A DNA stretch of 64,000 nt from Malacoraja senta (GCA_038087875.1 JAXLNO010000320.1:124001-188000); one strand, 5' to 3'. Positions 36,601 through 48,039 are shown, counted from the first letter of the stretch. The notes: generated by a model not told the origin, from the letters alone. Numbers and translations are program-made.

Positions 36601-39600
36601 CCTCCATCCACGCCGCATCTGTGCTCAAGATGAGGTGTTCCACACCAGGTCATCGGAGATGTCCTCATTCTTTAGTGAACGGGGGTTCCCGTCTTCCATT
36701 ATAGATGAGGCTCTCATTAGGGTCTCCGCAATATCCCGCAGCTCCGCTCTTGCTTCCCCTCCCTCCCATTGGTAACAAGGACTCATCTTCCACCCCATCA
36801 GCCGTAGCATACTGCACATAATCCTCTGACATTTTCACCACCTCTAATGGGATCCCACTACTCGCCACATCCTCCCATCTCCACCCCTTTCCTCTTTCCG
36901 CAGAGACCGTTCCCTCCGCAACTCCCTGGTCAACTCGTCCCTTCCCACCCAAACCACCCCATCCCCAAGTACTTTCCCCTGCAACCGCAGGAGATGCAAT
37001 ACCTGTCCCTATACCTCCCCCCTCGACTCCATCTAAGGACCCCAACTGTCTTTTCAGGTGAGGCAGAGATTCACGTGTACCGCATCCAACCTCATCTACT
37101 GTATCCACTGTTCCAGGTGTGGACTCCAGTATATCGGCAAGACCAAGCACAGGCTCAGCGATTGTTTTGCTGGACACCTCCACTCAGTCCGCCTAAACCT
37201 ACCTGATCTCCCGGTTGCTCAACACTTTAACTCCCCCTCCCATTCCCACACTTACCTTTCTGTCCTGGGCCTTCTCCATATTTCGCTTGGGTAGCTTACA
37301 CCCCGACGGTATGAACATTGACTTCTTTAACTTCAAGTAGCCCTTGCTTTCCCTCTCTCCATCCCCTCCCCTTCCCAGTTCTCCGACCAGTCTTACTGTC
37401 TCCGACTACATTTTATCTCTGTACCGCCCACTCCCCTGACATCAGTCTGAAGAAGGGTCTCGACCTGAAACGTCACCCATTACTTCTCTCCAGAGATGCT
37501 GCCTGTCCCGCTTAGTTGCTCCAGCATTTTGTGTCTATCTTCATAATACTCATGGATCTATTTTGCGCTCTGGTATTTTATGTCTTTGCTCAACTTGTTG
37601 TTCTTATGTTTGTTAGATTGTGCATTTATCTGATTGGATGGCACCCAAACGAAAACTTTTTGAACTATCTCAGTACACGTGACATTAATATATTTAAACC
37701 TAAATGTATGAAAACATTGAAAATATTGATTCCACCACAAAGTGCTGGAGTAACTTAGCGGGTTTCTGGAAAACACTGTTAGGTGACGTTTCGGATCGGG
37801 ACCTTTCTTCACATAAAGAAGGCTTCCGACCCACTCCCTCCACTGATGCTGCCTGACCCGCTGAGTTACTCAGCACTTTGTCTTTTTTGTTTTTGTAAAC
37901 CAGCACCTGCAGTTCCTTGTGTCTATTCACATTGAATTTCTAGCTAGCATTAACCATCACTCCTGCATTGATCTACCTGTCTCTGCTGTTTCACTGTAAT
38001 GAGGGTGCTGGGCTGTTTTTCAGGTATTTTTTGTTATCCACTTCCATGCCGGTCCTGTGGTGAACACCCTGCCCTCCGTCGTGGACCCCGACGCACTGCT
38101 CGGCTGTGACTTGATGGACGGCAGAGACGCATTCCTAACAATCGCCAGGGACAAGCACCTGGAGTTCTCCTCGCTGCGCCGGGCAAAGTGGTCCACCATG
38201 TGCATGCTGGTGGAGCTGCACAACCAAGGCCAGGACCGCTTCGTTTACACTTGCAACGAATGCAAGCATCACGTGGAAACACGGTGGCACTGCACTGTGT
38301 GTGAGGTAAGGAGCACTTGCCATGATGGTTCCTCACTGAGCCCCATTAGAGAGAGCCAAGAAAACTAGTCACCGGCCATCATGGACGACCTTTGGTCCAA
38401 CTCCATCGATCCCTGAAAGTGTTAACACAAGTAGCAAAGAAGGCTAATGGTACTTTAGACTTTAGATATACAGCGTGGAAACAGGCCCCTCGGCTCACCA
38501 AATCCGCACTGGCCAATAATCACCCTGTACACTACACTCTAGTGACAATTTTACCGATTCCCATTAACCTACTAACCTGCACGTCTTTGGAGTGTGGGAG
38601 GAAATCGGAGCTCCTGGAGAAAACCCAAGTGGTCACAGAGAGAACGTACAAATTCCATACAGACAGTACCCATAATCAGGATTGAACCCGGGTCTCTGGC
38701 GCTGTTATGCAGCAACTCTACCTTTGCGCTATCGTGCCACCCACGTATGCGCTTGTTTTCATTGGTCGGGGCATTGAGTATAAGTGTCAGGAAGTCGTAT
38801 TGCAGCTCTAATACTTCGGTTTGATGCGATTGGAGTATTGTGTGCGGGCATGGATAAAGTGAATGCTCACGGTCTTTTCCCCAGGGTAGAGAATTCCAAA
38901 ACCAGAGGGCAATGGCTTAAGGTGAGAGGGGAGAGATATAAGAGGGACTTCGGGGACAACTTTTTCACTCGAGGGTAGTCTGTATCTGGAATGAGCTGTT
39001 AGAGGAAGCTATAGAAGCAGATAAAATTATTACTTTAAAAAGACATTTGGACAAATATATTGATGGACACACAAGAAACTGCAGATGCCGGAATCTTGTG
39101 TAAAGCACAAAATGCTGGGTCAGGCAGCATCAGGGGAGGGAATGAACAAGCGACATTTCAGGAGAGGAAGCATTTAGAAGAGTGTTAGACTAGCCCCGTA
39201 TTCCAACTTGGTCGGCATGGACAATAGACAATTAGGTGCAGGAGTAGGCCATTCGGCCCTTCGAGCCAGCACCGCCATTCAATGTCATCATGGCTGATCA
39301 TCCTCAATCAGTACCCCGTTCCTCCTTTCTCCCCATATCCCCTGACTCCACTATCTTTAAGAGCCCTATCTAGCTGTCTCTTGAAAGCATCCAGAGAACC
39401 TGCCTCCACCACCCTCTGAGGCAGAGAATTCCACAGACTCACCACTCTCTGTGAGAAAAAGTGTTTCCTCGTCTCCGTTCTAAATGGCTTACTCCTTATT
39501 CTTAAACTGTGGCCACTGGTTCTGGACTCCCCCAAAATCAGGAACATGTTTCCTGCCTCTAGCGTGTCCAAACCCTTAACAATTTTATATGTTTCAATGA

Positions 39601-42600
39601 GATATCCTCTCAACCTTCTAAACTCCAGAGTGTACAAGCCCAGCTGCTCCATTCTCTCAGCATATGACAGTCCCGCCATCCCGGGAATTAACCTTGTAAA
39701 CCTCAATAGCAAGAATGTCCTTCCTCAAATTAGGGGATCAAAACTGCACACAATACTCCAGGTGTGGTCTCACTAAGGCTCTGTACAACTGCAGAAGGAC
39801 CTCTTTGCTCCTATATTTGATTCCTCTTATTATAAAGGCCAACATGCCATTCGCTTTCTTCACTGCCTGCTGTACCTGCATGCTTACTTTCATAGACTGA
39901 TGTACAAGAACGCCCAGATCCCGTTGTACTTCCCCTTTTCCCAACTTGACGCCATTTAGATAGTAATCTGCCTTCCTGTTTTTGCTACCAAAGTGGATAA
40001 CCTCACATTTATCCGCATTAAACTTCATCTGCCATGCATCTGCCCACTCCCCCAACTTGTCCAAGTCACCCTGCATTCTCATAGCATCCTCCTCACAGTT
40101 CACACTGCCACCCAGCTTTGTGTCATCTGGAAATTTACTAATGTTACTTTGAATCCCTTCATCCAAATCATTGATGTATATTGTAAATAGCTGCGGTCCC
40201 AGCACCGAGCCTTGCGGTACCCCACTAGTCACTGCCTGCCATTCTGAAAGGGACCAGTTAATCCATACTCTTTGTTTACTGTCTGCCAACCACGTCTCTA
40301 TCCATGTCAGCACTCTACCCTCAATACCATGTGCTCTAATTTTGCCCACTAATCTCCTATGTGTGACCTTATCAAATGCTTTCTGAAAGTCCAGGTACAC
40401 TACATCCACTGGCTTTCCCTTGTCCATTTTCCTAATCTTCATTCTAAATCTTCAAAAAATTCCAGAAGATTAGTCAAGCATGACTTTCCCTTCGTAAATC
40501 CTTGCAGACTCGGACCGATCCTGTTACTGCTATCCAAATGTTCGGCTATCTCATCTTTTATAATTGACTCCAGCATCTTCTCCACCACCGATGTCAGGCT
40601 AACTGGTCTATAATTCCCTGTTTTCTCTCTCCCGCCTTTCTTAAAAAGTGGGATAACATTAGCTATCCTCCAATCCACAGGAATTGATCCTGAGTCTATA
40701 GAACATTGGAAAATGATCACCAATGCATCCACGATTTCTAGAGCCACTTACTTAAGTACCCTGGGATGCAGACCATCAGGGCCTGGGGATTTATCAGCCT
40801 TCAGACCCATCAGTCTATCCAACACCATTTCCTGCCTAATGTGGATTTCCTTCAGTTCCTCTGTCACCCCAGATCCTCTGGCCACTACTATATCGGGAAG
40901 ATTGTTTGTGTCCTCCTTAGTGAAGACAGATCCAAAGTACCTGTTCAACTCATCTGCCATTTCCTTGTTCCCCATAATAAATTCACCTTTTTCGGTCTTC
41001 AATGGTCCAACTGTGGTCTTAACTAATTTTTTCCTCTTCACATACCTCAAGAAGCTTTTACTATCCTGCTTTATATTCTTGGCTAGCTTACCTTCATACC
41101 TCATCTTTTCTCCCCGTATTGTCTTTTTAGTTATCTTCTGTTGTTCTTTAAACATTACCCAATCCTCTTGCTTCCCGCTCATCTTTGCTACGTTGTACTT
41201 CTTCGCTTTAATTTTTATACTGTCCCTGACGTCCCTTGTCAGCCATGGTCGTCCCTTTATCCCCTTGAAATCTTTCTTCCTCCTAGGAATGAACTGATCC
41301 TGCACCTTCTGTATTATTCCTAGAAACCTCTGCCATTTTTGTTCCACTGTCATCCCTGCTAATGTATCTTTCCAGTCAACTTTGGCCAGCTCCTCCCTCA
41401 TGGCCACATAGTCCCCTTTATTCAACTGCAACACTGACACCTCCGATCTACTCTTCTCCCTCTCCAATTGTAGATTAAACCTGTTATGATCACTGCCTCC
41501 TAATGGCTCATTAACCTCGAGGTCCTTTATCAAATCTGGTTCATTACATAACACTAAATCCAGAATTGCATTCTCCCTGGTAGGCTCCGATACAAGCTGT
41601 TCTAAGAATCCATCACGGGCACAAGGTGGGCCAAAGAGGTTGCTGCACACTCTGACTCTTTGTTCATTATAATGCAGTGGTTTTCATCTCTCTTTCCTTT
41701 GCCCGTGTCTAGGATTACGATCTATGTGTCAACTGCCATAACATTAAAGGCCACGAGCACAAAATGGTGAAGTGGGGCCTGGGATTGGACGACGAGAGCG
41801 GCAACCAGCCCGACCCGATGTCCAAGAGCCCGCAGGAGTCTCGGCGCCTCAGCATCCAGCGCTGCATCCAGTCTCTGGTGCACGCCTGCCAGTGCCGCAA
41901 CGCCAACTGCTCGCTGCCGTCCTGCCAGAAGATGAAGCGGGTGGTGCAACACACCAAGGGCTGCAAGCGCAAGACCAACGGAGGCTGCCCCGTCTGCAAG
42001 CAGCTGATTGCCCTCTGCTGCTACCACGCCAAGCACTGCCAAGAGAACAAATGCCCCGTGCCCTTCTGCCTCAATATTAAACACAAGCTGCGGCAGCAAC
42101 AGCTGCAACACCGGCTGCAGCAGGCGCAGATGCTGCGCAGGAGGATGGCCACCATGCAACGGGGGACCGTGCCTCAGCAAAGCCTGCCGTCCCCTACCTC
42201 AGCCGCGCCCATCACCCCCACAGGGCAGCAGCAGCAGCCGCCGGGCACGCCGCAGACCCCCGAACCCCAGCCCCAGCCCCAGACCCCGCCGTCCAACAAC
42301 CTGCCCGCTGGCTTCCCCAACCCACCCAGGATTCAGCCCCCAGCCGCCGTCCCGCAGGGGAAGCCCGCCAACCAGGTGCCGGCACTGCCACAACCCCCAC
42401 CCACGCAGCCCCCGCCCGCTGCCGCATTGGAGGTGGCCAGACAGATCAAGCTGGAGGCTCAGCAGCAGCACCACCTGTACCAGATGGCCAGCATGAACAA
42501 CGGGCTGGGCATGGCGCGCCAGAACATGATGGGGCAGCAGATGGGGCCCGTGGGGCAGATTCCGCCGGTCAACATGAAGGTGGCACGGCTGCCGATGGGG

Positions 42601-43857
42601 CAGGCCATGCCAACCATGCAGCCGGGGCAGTGGCCACAGGGGACAACGTTGTCGCAGCCCCTGCAGCCCGGCATGCCCAGGGGCGCCATGCAGATGCCGT
42701 CGCCGCAGACCGCGGCCGGTCAGAGGATGCCCAGTTCCCAGCAGCTGCCGCGAGGCAACATCTCCCCCAACGCGCTGCAGGACCTGCTACGGACGCTGAA
42801 GTCACCCAGCTCCCCACAACAGCAACAACAGGTGCTGAACATCCTCAAGTCCAACCCGCAGCTAATGGCGGCCTTCATAAAGCAGCGAACGGCCAAGTAC
42901 CAGGCCAGCCAGCCCGGCATGCAAGCGCAGGCCCAGCCCCGGGTGCAGCAAGCGGGCATGCACGCTCAGGCCGGCATGCAGAACCCCCTGCAGAACCTGA
43001 GTCCCATGCAGGCAGCTGCCCAGCGACCTGCCCTGTCCCCACAGCAGCAAGGCCTAGGCAGCCTGAACAACCAGAGTCAAACCATGAGCATGATGAACCC
43101 CGGCCACAACCCAAACCTGCCGGCCATCAACCCCCAGTACCGGGATCTGCTGATCAGGAGGCAGCTCATCCAACAACAACAACAGCAACAACAGCAGGGT
43201 GCTGGCATGGCGGGTCATACCCAGTTCCAGCAACCGCAAGGACCAGCGTACCCACAAGCCATGCCACAACAACGCATGCAGCAACACATGCCGATGGGGC
43301 AGATCAGCCAGCTGGGGCAGATGAACCAGCTAGCGGGCGAGGGAGCTCCCACCATCCAGCAGACGTTGCAGCAGCGCATCCTCCAGCAGCAGCAGATGAA
43401 GCAACAGATGAGCTCGTCAATACAGCCCCCCATGAGCCCCCAGCAGCACATGCTTTCAGGACAGCCGCAGCCTTCTCACCTGCAGAACCAGCAGATCGCC
43501 ACTTCCCTCAGCAACCAGGTGCGATCGCCACAGCAGGTGCCCTCCCCACGGCCCCAGTCCCAGCCTCCACATTCCAGCCCTTCGCCCAGGATACAACCGC
43601 AGCCTTCCCCTCACCACATCTCGCCACAGACCGGCTCCCCGCACCCTGGACTGGCAGCATCCCAGGCTAACCCCATGGATCAGGGACACTTTAGCACCCC
43701 AGAACAGAGTGCAATGCTTCCACAACTGACTAATCCAAGCATTAGTGCTATACACAGCACCACTGGCGACTTAGGACTGGGCACTGACACCTCCAGCCTA
43801 ACAAGCACCACCATTACATGTGACACACTAGAAAAGTTTGTGGAAGAAAACTTGTAG
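3635..43857 (+). CDS. CREBBP: CREB-binding protein (CBP), 3' part; join(3635-3691,7529-7606,8288-8355,11483-11633,15621-15767,16730-16843,17908-18073,27306-27473,34388-34549,38024-38305,41713-43857)
   Basis: Eleven exons splice into one open frame covering PHD, HAT, ZZ, TAZ2 and NCBD. Residues are CBP-type rather than p300-type ([40 protein letters not shown]-terminal [11 protein letters not shown]). Exon lengths 57/78/68/151/147/114/166/168/162/282 match human exons 21-30 as I recall them. TRAP1 lies downstream as in human. 5' exons are upstream of the window. Confidence 0.97.
3787..6936 (-). mobile_element. Rex1/Babar non-LTR retrotransposon, near full length, frameshifted
   Basis: APE ([19 protein letters not shown]), [25 protein letters not shown]-terminal [31 protein letters not shown]; tail near 3790. 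Confidence 0.88.
6950..7199. mobile_element. Palindromic Penelope-derived non-autonomous unit (two inverted pLTR copies, hammerhead motif)
   Basis: Arms ~6988-7087 and ~7100-7198 are inverted copies; 13-bp TSD ttccaatgtcctg at 6937-6949 and 7200-7212. Confidence 0.8.
7529..7606 (+). CDS. CREBBP: CBP exon 22 equivalent (PHD finger)
   Basis: tttag|...|gtgggt; [26 protein letters not shown]. Confidence 0.95.
8288..8355 (+). CDS. CREBBP: CBP exon 23 equivalent
   Basis: tacag|...|gtaagt; [22 protein letters not shown]. Confidence 0.95.
9094..9163. repeat. Perfect 32-bp inverted repeat with 6-nt loop
   Basis: tagacttggctatccctcagtacagcaacatc-aagaac-gatgttgctgtactgagggatagccaagtcta. Confidence 0.95.
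9762..10975 (+). mobile_element. CR1 LINE 3' fragment (RT)
   Basis: [35 protein letters not shown]; (ttctatg) tail near 10960-10975. Confidence 0.88.
11483..11633 (+). CDS. CREBBP: CBP exon 24 equivalent (HAT start), GC donor
   Basis: cccag|GG TTA CAA...AAC AG|gcaagt; [50 protein letters not shown]. Confidence 0.93.
11968..12660 (-). mobile_element. Rex1/Babar 3' fragment
   Basis: [30 protein letters not shown]; (tatcg)n tail. Confidence 0.82.
13099..13400 (+). mobile_element. tRNA-derived V-SINE (HE1-like)
   Basis: tRNA-like head ggcacggtggcgcagc..gacccagtttcgatc; V-domain ggagtttgtacgttc..ccgggtgttccggtttcctcccaca; CR1-like tail gcctgtttccacactgtatctctaaactaa. Confidence 0.75.
14232..14331 (+). 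mobile_element. 100-bp hammerhead-motif Penelope pLTR unit inserted in the Tc1 transposase
   Basis: TSD tatttgggatcat (14219-14231) / tgtttgggatcat (14332-14344); CTGAAGA-agggtttcggccc-GAAAC-GTTA. Confidence 0.82.
14236..14266 (+). ncRNA. Minimal type I hammerhead ribozyme motif (candidate)
   Basis: Core boxes CUGANGA and GAAA, stem II GGGU/GCCC, palindromic AACGUU in place of stem III; stem I only ~2 bp. Confidence 0.55.
15621..15767 (+). CDS. CREBBP: CBP exon 25 equivalent (HAT)
   Basis: ttcag|...|gtactg; [49 protein letters not shown]. Confidence 0.96.
15880..16640. mobile_element. Cluster of Penelope pLTR-derived fragments in inverted pairs
   Basis: ggaactgcagatgctgg..gctggagtaactcag..cagcatctc motif on both strands at 15880-16340 and 16380-16635. 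Confidence 0.65.
16730..16843 (+). CDS. CREBBP: CBP exon 26 equivalent (HAT)
   Basis: tgcag|...|gtaagt; [38 protein letters not shown]. Confidence 0.96.
17908..18073 (+). CDS. CREBBP: CBP exon 27 equivalent (HAT catalytic region)
   Basis: cacag|...|gttagt; [55 protein letters not shown]. Confidence 0.96.
18195..18570 (-). mobile_element. Rex1/Babar 3' fragment
   Basis: Nucleotide similarity to the C-terminal RT region at 4000-4400. Confidence 0.6.
18815..20354 (-). repeat. ERV 3' LTR interrupted by an insertion at 18840-19632
   Basis: Near-identical to 26272-27016; PPT aaaagaggggga at 20355-20366 (minus). Confidence 0.9.
18840..19632 (+). mobile_element. GC-rich non-coding retroposon with Rex1-like tail
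   Basis: 7-bp TSD cttagtc; (tttgac)n tail; internal ~120-bp tandem units. Confidence 0.75.
20660..24003 (-). pseudogene. ERV pro-pol (protease, RT, RNase H, integrase), multiple frameshifts and stops
   Basis: ORF fragments 23480-23917, 22534-23301, 22152-22553, 20873-21277, 20677-20862. Confidence 0.9.
24548..24738. repeat. Six degenerate 32-bp tandem units (16-bp sub-period)
   Basis: Units start at 24548, 24580, 24612, 24644, 24676, 24708; consensus ~ccaactaaccgaaaggnngggacgcctaaaag. Confidence 0.85.
25311..26146 (+). mobile_element. Second GC-rich non-coding retroposon, related to 18840-19632
   Basis: Flanked by gaat; similar head; tail catttcactacacctatggtgtatgtgactaataaa..ctttga. Confidence 0.7.
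26272..27016 (-). repeat. ERV 5' LTR
   Basis: TG...CA ends; minus-strand TATAAAAG (26486-26493) and AATAAA (26348-26353); PBS adjacent at 26260-26270. Confidence 0.92.
27306..27473 (+). CDS. CREBBP: CBP exon 28 equivalent (HAT)
   Basis: ggcag|...|gtgagt; [56 protein letters not shown]. Confidence 0.96.
27610..29512 (+). mobile_element. CR1 LINE ORF2 fragment, degenerate
   Basis: [29 protein letters not shown]. Confidence 0.87.
29520..30064 (-). mobile_element. CR1 LINE 3' fragment (continues at 33250-33330 beyond nested Rex1)
   Basis: Reverse complement of the CR1 C-terminus/3' UTR seen at 46000-46480. Confidence 0.65.
30276..33252 (-). mobile_element. Rex1/Babar retrotransposon, near full length, degenerate
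   Basis: APE ORF 32285-32908 ([19 protein letters not shown]), DPLQFAY..RSVDDA, RT C-terminus. Confidence 0.87.
33331..34022 (-). mobile_element. Penelope-like element 3' fragment (GIY-YIG endonuclease plus pLTR)
   Basis: [36 protein letters not shown]; 13-bp TSD cctctgttacaat at 33318-33330 and 34023-34035. Confidence 0.9.
34388..34549 (+). CDS. CREBBP: CBP exon 29 equivalent (Lys-rich autoinhibitory loop)
   Basis: tccag|...|gtactg; [54 protein letters not shown]. Confidence 0.96.
35408..37542 (+). mobile_element. Penelope-like element: inverted 5' pLTR, decayed RT, GIY-YIG, 3' pLTR with hammerhead motif
   Basis: [33 protein letters not shown]; GIY-YIG 37058-37294; CTGAAGA-agggtctcgacct-GAAAC-GTC at 37447-37474. 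Confidence 0.87.
38024..38305 (+). CDS. CREBBP: CBP exon 30 equivalent (HAT end, ZZ start)
   Basis: ttcag|...|gtaagg; VFFVIHLHAGP...[30 protein letters not shown]...[18 protein letters not shown]. Confidence 0.96.
38455..38745 (-). mobile_element. V-SINE (HE1-like)
   Basis: Reverse complement of the 13099-13400 family. Confidence 0.7.
39221..41620 (-). mobile_element. CR1 LINE ORF2 (comparatively young, 5' truncated)
   Basis: Long ORFs 40748-41650, 40439-40747, 39738-40442, 39308-39712 with [37 protein letters not shown]. Confidence 0.92.
41713..43857 (+). CDS. CREBBP: CBP terminal exon 31 equivalent (ZZ end, TAZ2, Q/P-rich, NCBD)
   Basis: tctag|GAT TAC GAT CTA...; [24 protein letters not shown] (TAZ2); [43 protein letters not shown] (NCBD); stop TAG 43855-43857. 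Confidence 0.98.
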   Translation, partial: DYDLCVNCHNIKGHEHKMVKWGLGLDDESGNQPDPMSKSPQESRRLSIQRCIQSLVHACQCRNANCSLPSCQKMKRVVQHTKGCKRKTNGGCPVCKQLIALCCYHAKHCQENKCPVPFCLNIKHKLRQQQLQHRLQQAQMLRRRMATMQRGTVPQQSLPSPTSAAPITPTGQQQQPPGTPQTPEPQPQPQTPPSNNLPAGFPNPPRIQPPAAVPQGKPANQVPALPQPPPTQPPPAAALEVARQIKLEAQQQHHLYQMASMNNGLGMARQNMMGQQMGPVGQIPPVNMKVARLPMGQAMPTMQPGQWPQGTTLSQPLQPGMPRGAMQMPSPQTAAGQRMPSSQQLPRGNISPNALQDLLRTLKSPSSPQQQQQVLNILKSNPQLMAAFIKQRTAKYQASQPGMQAQAQPRVQQAGMHAQAGMQNPLQNLSPMQAAAQRPALSPQQQGLGSLNNQSQTMSMMNPGHNPNLPAINPQYRDLLIRRQLIQQQQQQQQQGAGMAGHTQFQQPQGPAYPQAMPQQRMQQHMPMGQISQLGQMNQLAGEGAPTIQQTLQQRILQQQQMKQQMSSSIQPPMSPQQHMLSGQPQPSHLQNQQIATSLSNQVRSPQQVPSPRPQSQPPHSSPSPRIQPQPSPHHISPQTGSPHPGLAASQANPMDQGHFSTPEQSAMLPQLTNPSISAIHSTTGDLGLGTDTSSLTSTTITCDTLEKFVEENL

Positions 43858-44640
43858 CATTTTGGGAGAAATTTTTCCTGATACTTTTTTTGTACTGAAA
43901 ATTTCAGCTGTCTGGGGCCGTGCAGACCCCTGGAAGGAACTGCAACTTCCTTAGACTTTTTGGGATGACTTGCTGTTAAAATACAAAGAATATATTTTTT
44001 GTTCAGACTGGTTGCATATTCTGGTCGAGTTTTGTTTTTTTTTCATTTTGTTTCTTGTTTTCCTTTGTTGCTAATGACTCTGCCTGAGTTTTTTAAATGG
44101 AAATGAATGCGTTCATTATATTATTCATATTTTTTATTTTGTACTTTTCAGACTTTAAGCATTTTGTGTTTAAAAACCAGGAACAAAGTTTTCCTTAAAA
44201 ATGCAACATATAATGTATATCAATAAATTTCTGCCGTGTTCTGGGAAGGTTTTTCTATAGTGAAGTCTGTGCGGGCGTTTCAAGTATTGAATTTGTATAG
44301 ATAGGAATAGACCATTGCACATATGTACTGGCTAAAGCCAAACCTTGTCTTGCAGATGTAGAAATTGTTGCTTTGTTTCATGATAAACTGGTTTTAGTGA
44401 AACTAGGATGATCACTGATAGATTGTGGTGATTTTAATAGAAGAAATATCTTTCCTTTTCCTCCTTCATTCTCTGTGAAACTTGAAATGAGAAGAAAGCA
44501 ATTATAGTGTAAATCATGCAAGTTATATAATTACTATAAATAAGGAAACAAAACTCAATCACTGTATAAACTGGTTAAAACTCATTTCTTACTTATATAC
44601 CATATTGTTAAATAAACTGTGTGCAACAGAAAACAGGTTT
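43858..44640 (+). other. CREBBP: CREBBP 3' UTR (putative)
   Basis: AT-rich, free of recognisable repeats, follows the stop; AATAAA at 44222-44227, 44611-44616 and 44675-44680. Confidence 0.65.
44611..44616 (+). terminator. Candidate polyadenylation signal AATAAA of CREBBP
   Basis: gttaAATAAActgtgtgcaacaga followed by GT/T-rich sequence. Confidence 0.5.
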
Positions 44641-44869
44641 GTACTTCTTTAGTATTTGAAGCAATGTTTTTAAAAATAAAAGGGAATATGTGTTTAAAAT
44701 CCACCCCTTAACACTCCCCACCCCTGTTAAAGGTGTTGATCAATCCCACCAAGTATAGACCTCCAAATTCAGCTTTCCAGAATTGAAAGAGCTTACCTTT
44801 TAAAGTAGTGCTTTTAAAACAGAAGCCTACACCTGTGCCATGATCCCAATCCCAGGCCACGTTTGCATA

Positions 44870-45030
44870 CAGACGTCCACGCAAATAAGCATACACACAC
44901 AATCACGCAAATATACATATATACACAGCCACACAAAGTGCACGCCTACACAATCACGCAAATGCACCCACATACACAATTACAAATGTGCGCAAGTGTA
45001 ACAATCAGACACACATCCTCACATGGACAC
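44870..45030. repeat. Degenerate CA-rich low-complexity repeat
   Basis: acacaatcacgcaaat-type units. Confidence 0.6.
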
Positions 45031-45984
45031 CATTTCCCTCCTGTGTGACACATTACTACCAGAAATAGTTACCAATTCCTGTGATTGGGAAAATCCAGCC
45101 CTGCTTACCCCAAACACAAGGTTTTCAGTAACCTGTCTTGCTTTTGTTTTGCCGATTAACATTTATAAAAATAGGAAATAAAATTCTGGAATGCCACAAT
45201 TATTATACAGCGTGTAAAGTTTAAGGCGTGATTTCTATGCAGCCTCACACTGGTCTCGCCACTTGTGTAACTTATACTTCAGCCAAGTGTATAGAATGAT
45301 GGTTACTGATGGGACAGTGACCGATTCCATCAGATAACCTAGTTCTTTCGGTTGAAGGTTAATCTGAGCTGCCTGCATGCAGGTGTTTATGTGTGTGATT
45401 CTGAATTATGCAAAATCAGCAAAGTACTGAACTGTGATAAGTTAGAATATTAAAACCTGGACACTGGATACATTCAACTGCAGACAGTGGGTGTGTGTTT
45501 GGGTTATTGGTTATTTTTGCTCTATATATGTTTCTGTTTGAGTTGATTTTGTGTGGCATTGATCATATGTACACAGGGAGGCAGATATGGCCTGTCTTCT
45601 GTGAGATCCTTGCAAGCTTAAAAATGCAAGATCCCTTTCATCTGACCTTATCTAGACCACATTTAAAATCTATGAAAATAAAACCTGTATTATTGGATCA
45701 TGTGTATAAATTCTGCAGCAACTGTGTCTTTGTTCTCCCTCCTCTCGATTTCTATGACATGTTTAGTTTTTGAAAACTTTTTGTGGTTTCTGGTGTCTGT
45801 TTAACGTGCTTTCTCGTTCCCCAGGACATTCATTTTACAGGATTTCACCGTTTATCTGCTTTCAAGTGGTTTATTTGTGATTGATTCTGTGAAAATGCTT
45901 ATTTTAGAATTAACATGAAGATAACTTCATATGCCCAGTTGTGTGTGTGTGCGTGCTTGCACGCAGTAGTTTGTATTTATTGTA

Positions 45985-47450
45985 TTTTAACTGGAAACAG
46001 TGCAGAAAAGATTTATGAGGATGTTGCCAGGACTTGAGGGCCTGAGTTATAAGGAGAAGTTGGGCATGCTAGGACTTTATTCCTTGGAGCACGAGAGGCT
46101 GAGAGGTGATCTTATAGAGGTGTATAAAATCATGAGGAGAATAAATTGTGTGAATGCACAATCTTTTACCCAGGATAGAGAATCAAGAACTAGAAGGCAG
46201 AGATTTAAGGTGAGAAGGGAAATATTTAATAAGAACCAGAGGGGCAACTTTTTCACACAAAGGGTAGTGGGTATGTGGAACGAGCTGCCAGAGGAGGTAG
46301 TTGCGGCAGGTACTATAACACCTTTTAAAAGACACTGGACAGGCACATGGATAGGAAAGGTATAGAGGGATATGGGCAAATATAGGCAAATGGGACTACC
46401 TTAGATGGTGCATTTGGCATGGATGAGGTGGATCAAAGGGCCTATATCTGTGCTGTTGTATGACCGTATGAATCTATGACTCTATTTCTCAAAAGACGGT
46501 GAGAGTTTCAATGTAAAAGTTCTTGCCAGCATTTCATTTTTATTCATCTCAGGCCAAGGTTCCAAAAATATGCAGGAAATGTTTAGAGGGATATTGAGGG
46601 ATATATAGAGCCAAATAGGACTAGCATAGATAGGATATTTTGGTTGTCGTGGACGAGTTGGGCGAAGGGCCTGTTTCCGCACTGTATGACTCTGTTATTT
46701 ATGCAGTGCCCTTAATGTAAAACCTCCCAAGATACTTGAGAGGGACATTGACAAAAAATCCTTTGGAAACTTGTCTCAGCATGGCATCTGCTGCACATGC
46801 GGTGTCCTCTTCCCACAACTCGCTGTTACCTGATGCTGTAGAGATGGTGATTTCTAGCATGGTTTAGGATGGGAGGATTGAATCTGATTGTAGGTGAATT
46901 TGAGGAGATTGTTCAAAGGTGCTACACAAAGTGTTCAAGTCTACCATGAAACAGATAGAGATACTTTGTGCAATTCTGGTAACCCCGTTGCAGAAAGGAT
47001 GTGGAACCTTTAGAAAGGGTGCAGAGGAAGTGTAACAGGATTAGAGGCCATTAGCTATAAGGAGAGGTTGGACAAACTTGGATTGTTTTCCCCTTAACAT
47101 TGGAGGTTGAGAGGAGACCTGATAGAAAGTATATAAAATTATGAGCGGCATAGATAGGGTAGACAGTCAAAACCTATTTCCCAGGGTTGAAATGTCAGCA
47201 GGTAGAGGTCAGAGGGGGAAAGTATAACGGGAAAGTTGTTGACACAGAGTAGTGGGGACTGCAATGCACTGTGATGGTGGAGGCAGATACGAAAGTGGTG
47301 TTAAACAGGATTTTGGATAGGTACATGGATATGCAGAGAATGGAGGGATATGGATCACGTGCAGGGAAGAGATTAGTTTAACTTGGCATCATGCCTTGCG
47401 CAGACATTGTTGGCTGAAGGACCTGTTCCTGTGCTGTACTGTTCTATGTT
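45985..47450 (+). mobile_element. Several CR1 3' fragments
   Basis: [36 protein letters not shown]. Confidence 0.75.
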
Positions 47451-48039
47451 CAAGAGGTGGTGATACAGCATAGAAACAGTCCCTTCGGCCCACCATCACC
47501 TGCCCATTTATACTAATCCCACGTTAATTCCAAATGCCTAGAAGTTCAGTTTTCAGCATTTTACAATTGTAATTCATTTGTTCTCAGAAGCACAATAACA
47601 ACAGGTTTTGCATCACTCCAGATATCCAACCTCGGCCTTTCTTAAAGTGCATCAACCTCTCCTTTGTGATCCTGTCACGCCCTTGCATCGCTCCTAACGA
47701 GCATCAGAGATTGTCTTGGATCGTGGTGTGGGCACACACCACTGAATACTGGGATGACGTGGAAACGCGAGAGACTGCAGATGCTGGAATCTGGAGCAAA
47801 AAGCAAATTGCTGGAAGAATTTAGTGGGTTTAGTTTCGCGATGGTGGTAGAACTGACACAATACTGGCGTTTAAGATGCCTTTAGATAGTCATCTGGATA
47901 TGCAAGGAATAGAGGGGTATGGCATCATGATCAGCACAGAAATTTGTAGGCCGAATGGCCTGTACCTGTACTATTCTATGTTCTATGTGTGCATTTTTTC
48001 ATTTAAATTAGTTTTTCTTGAATATTTCTATTTTTCAAT

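Noticed and set aside
42630..43670. 346-aa alternative-frame ORF and antisense ORFs over CBP exon 31
   Set aside because: Expected shadow of GC-rich, CAG-rich coding sequence; no independent motif.
3635..43857. Calling the gene EP300
   Set aside because: Diagnostic residues, the C-terminus and TRAP1 adjacency indicate CREBBP.
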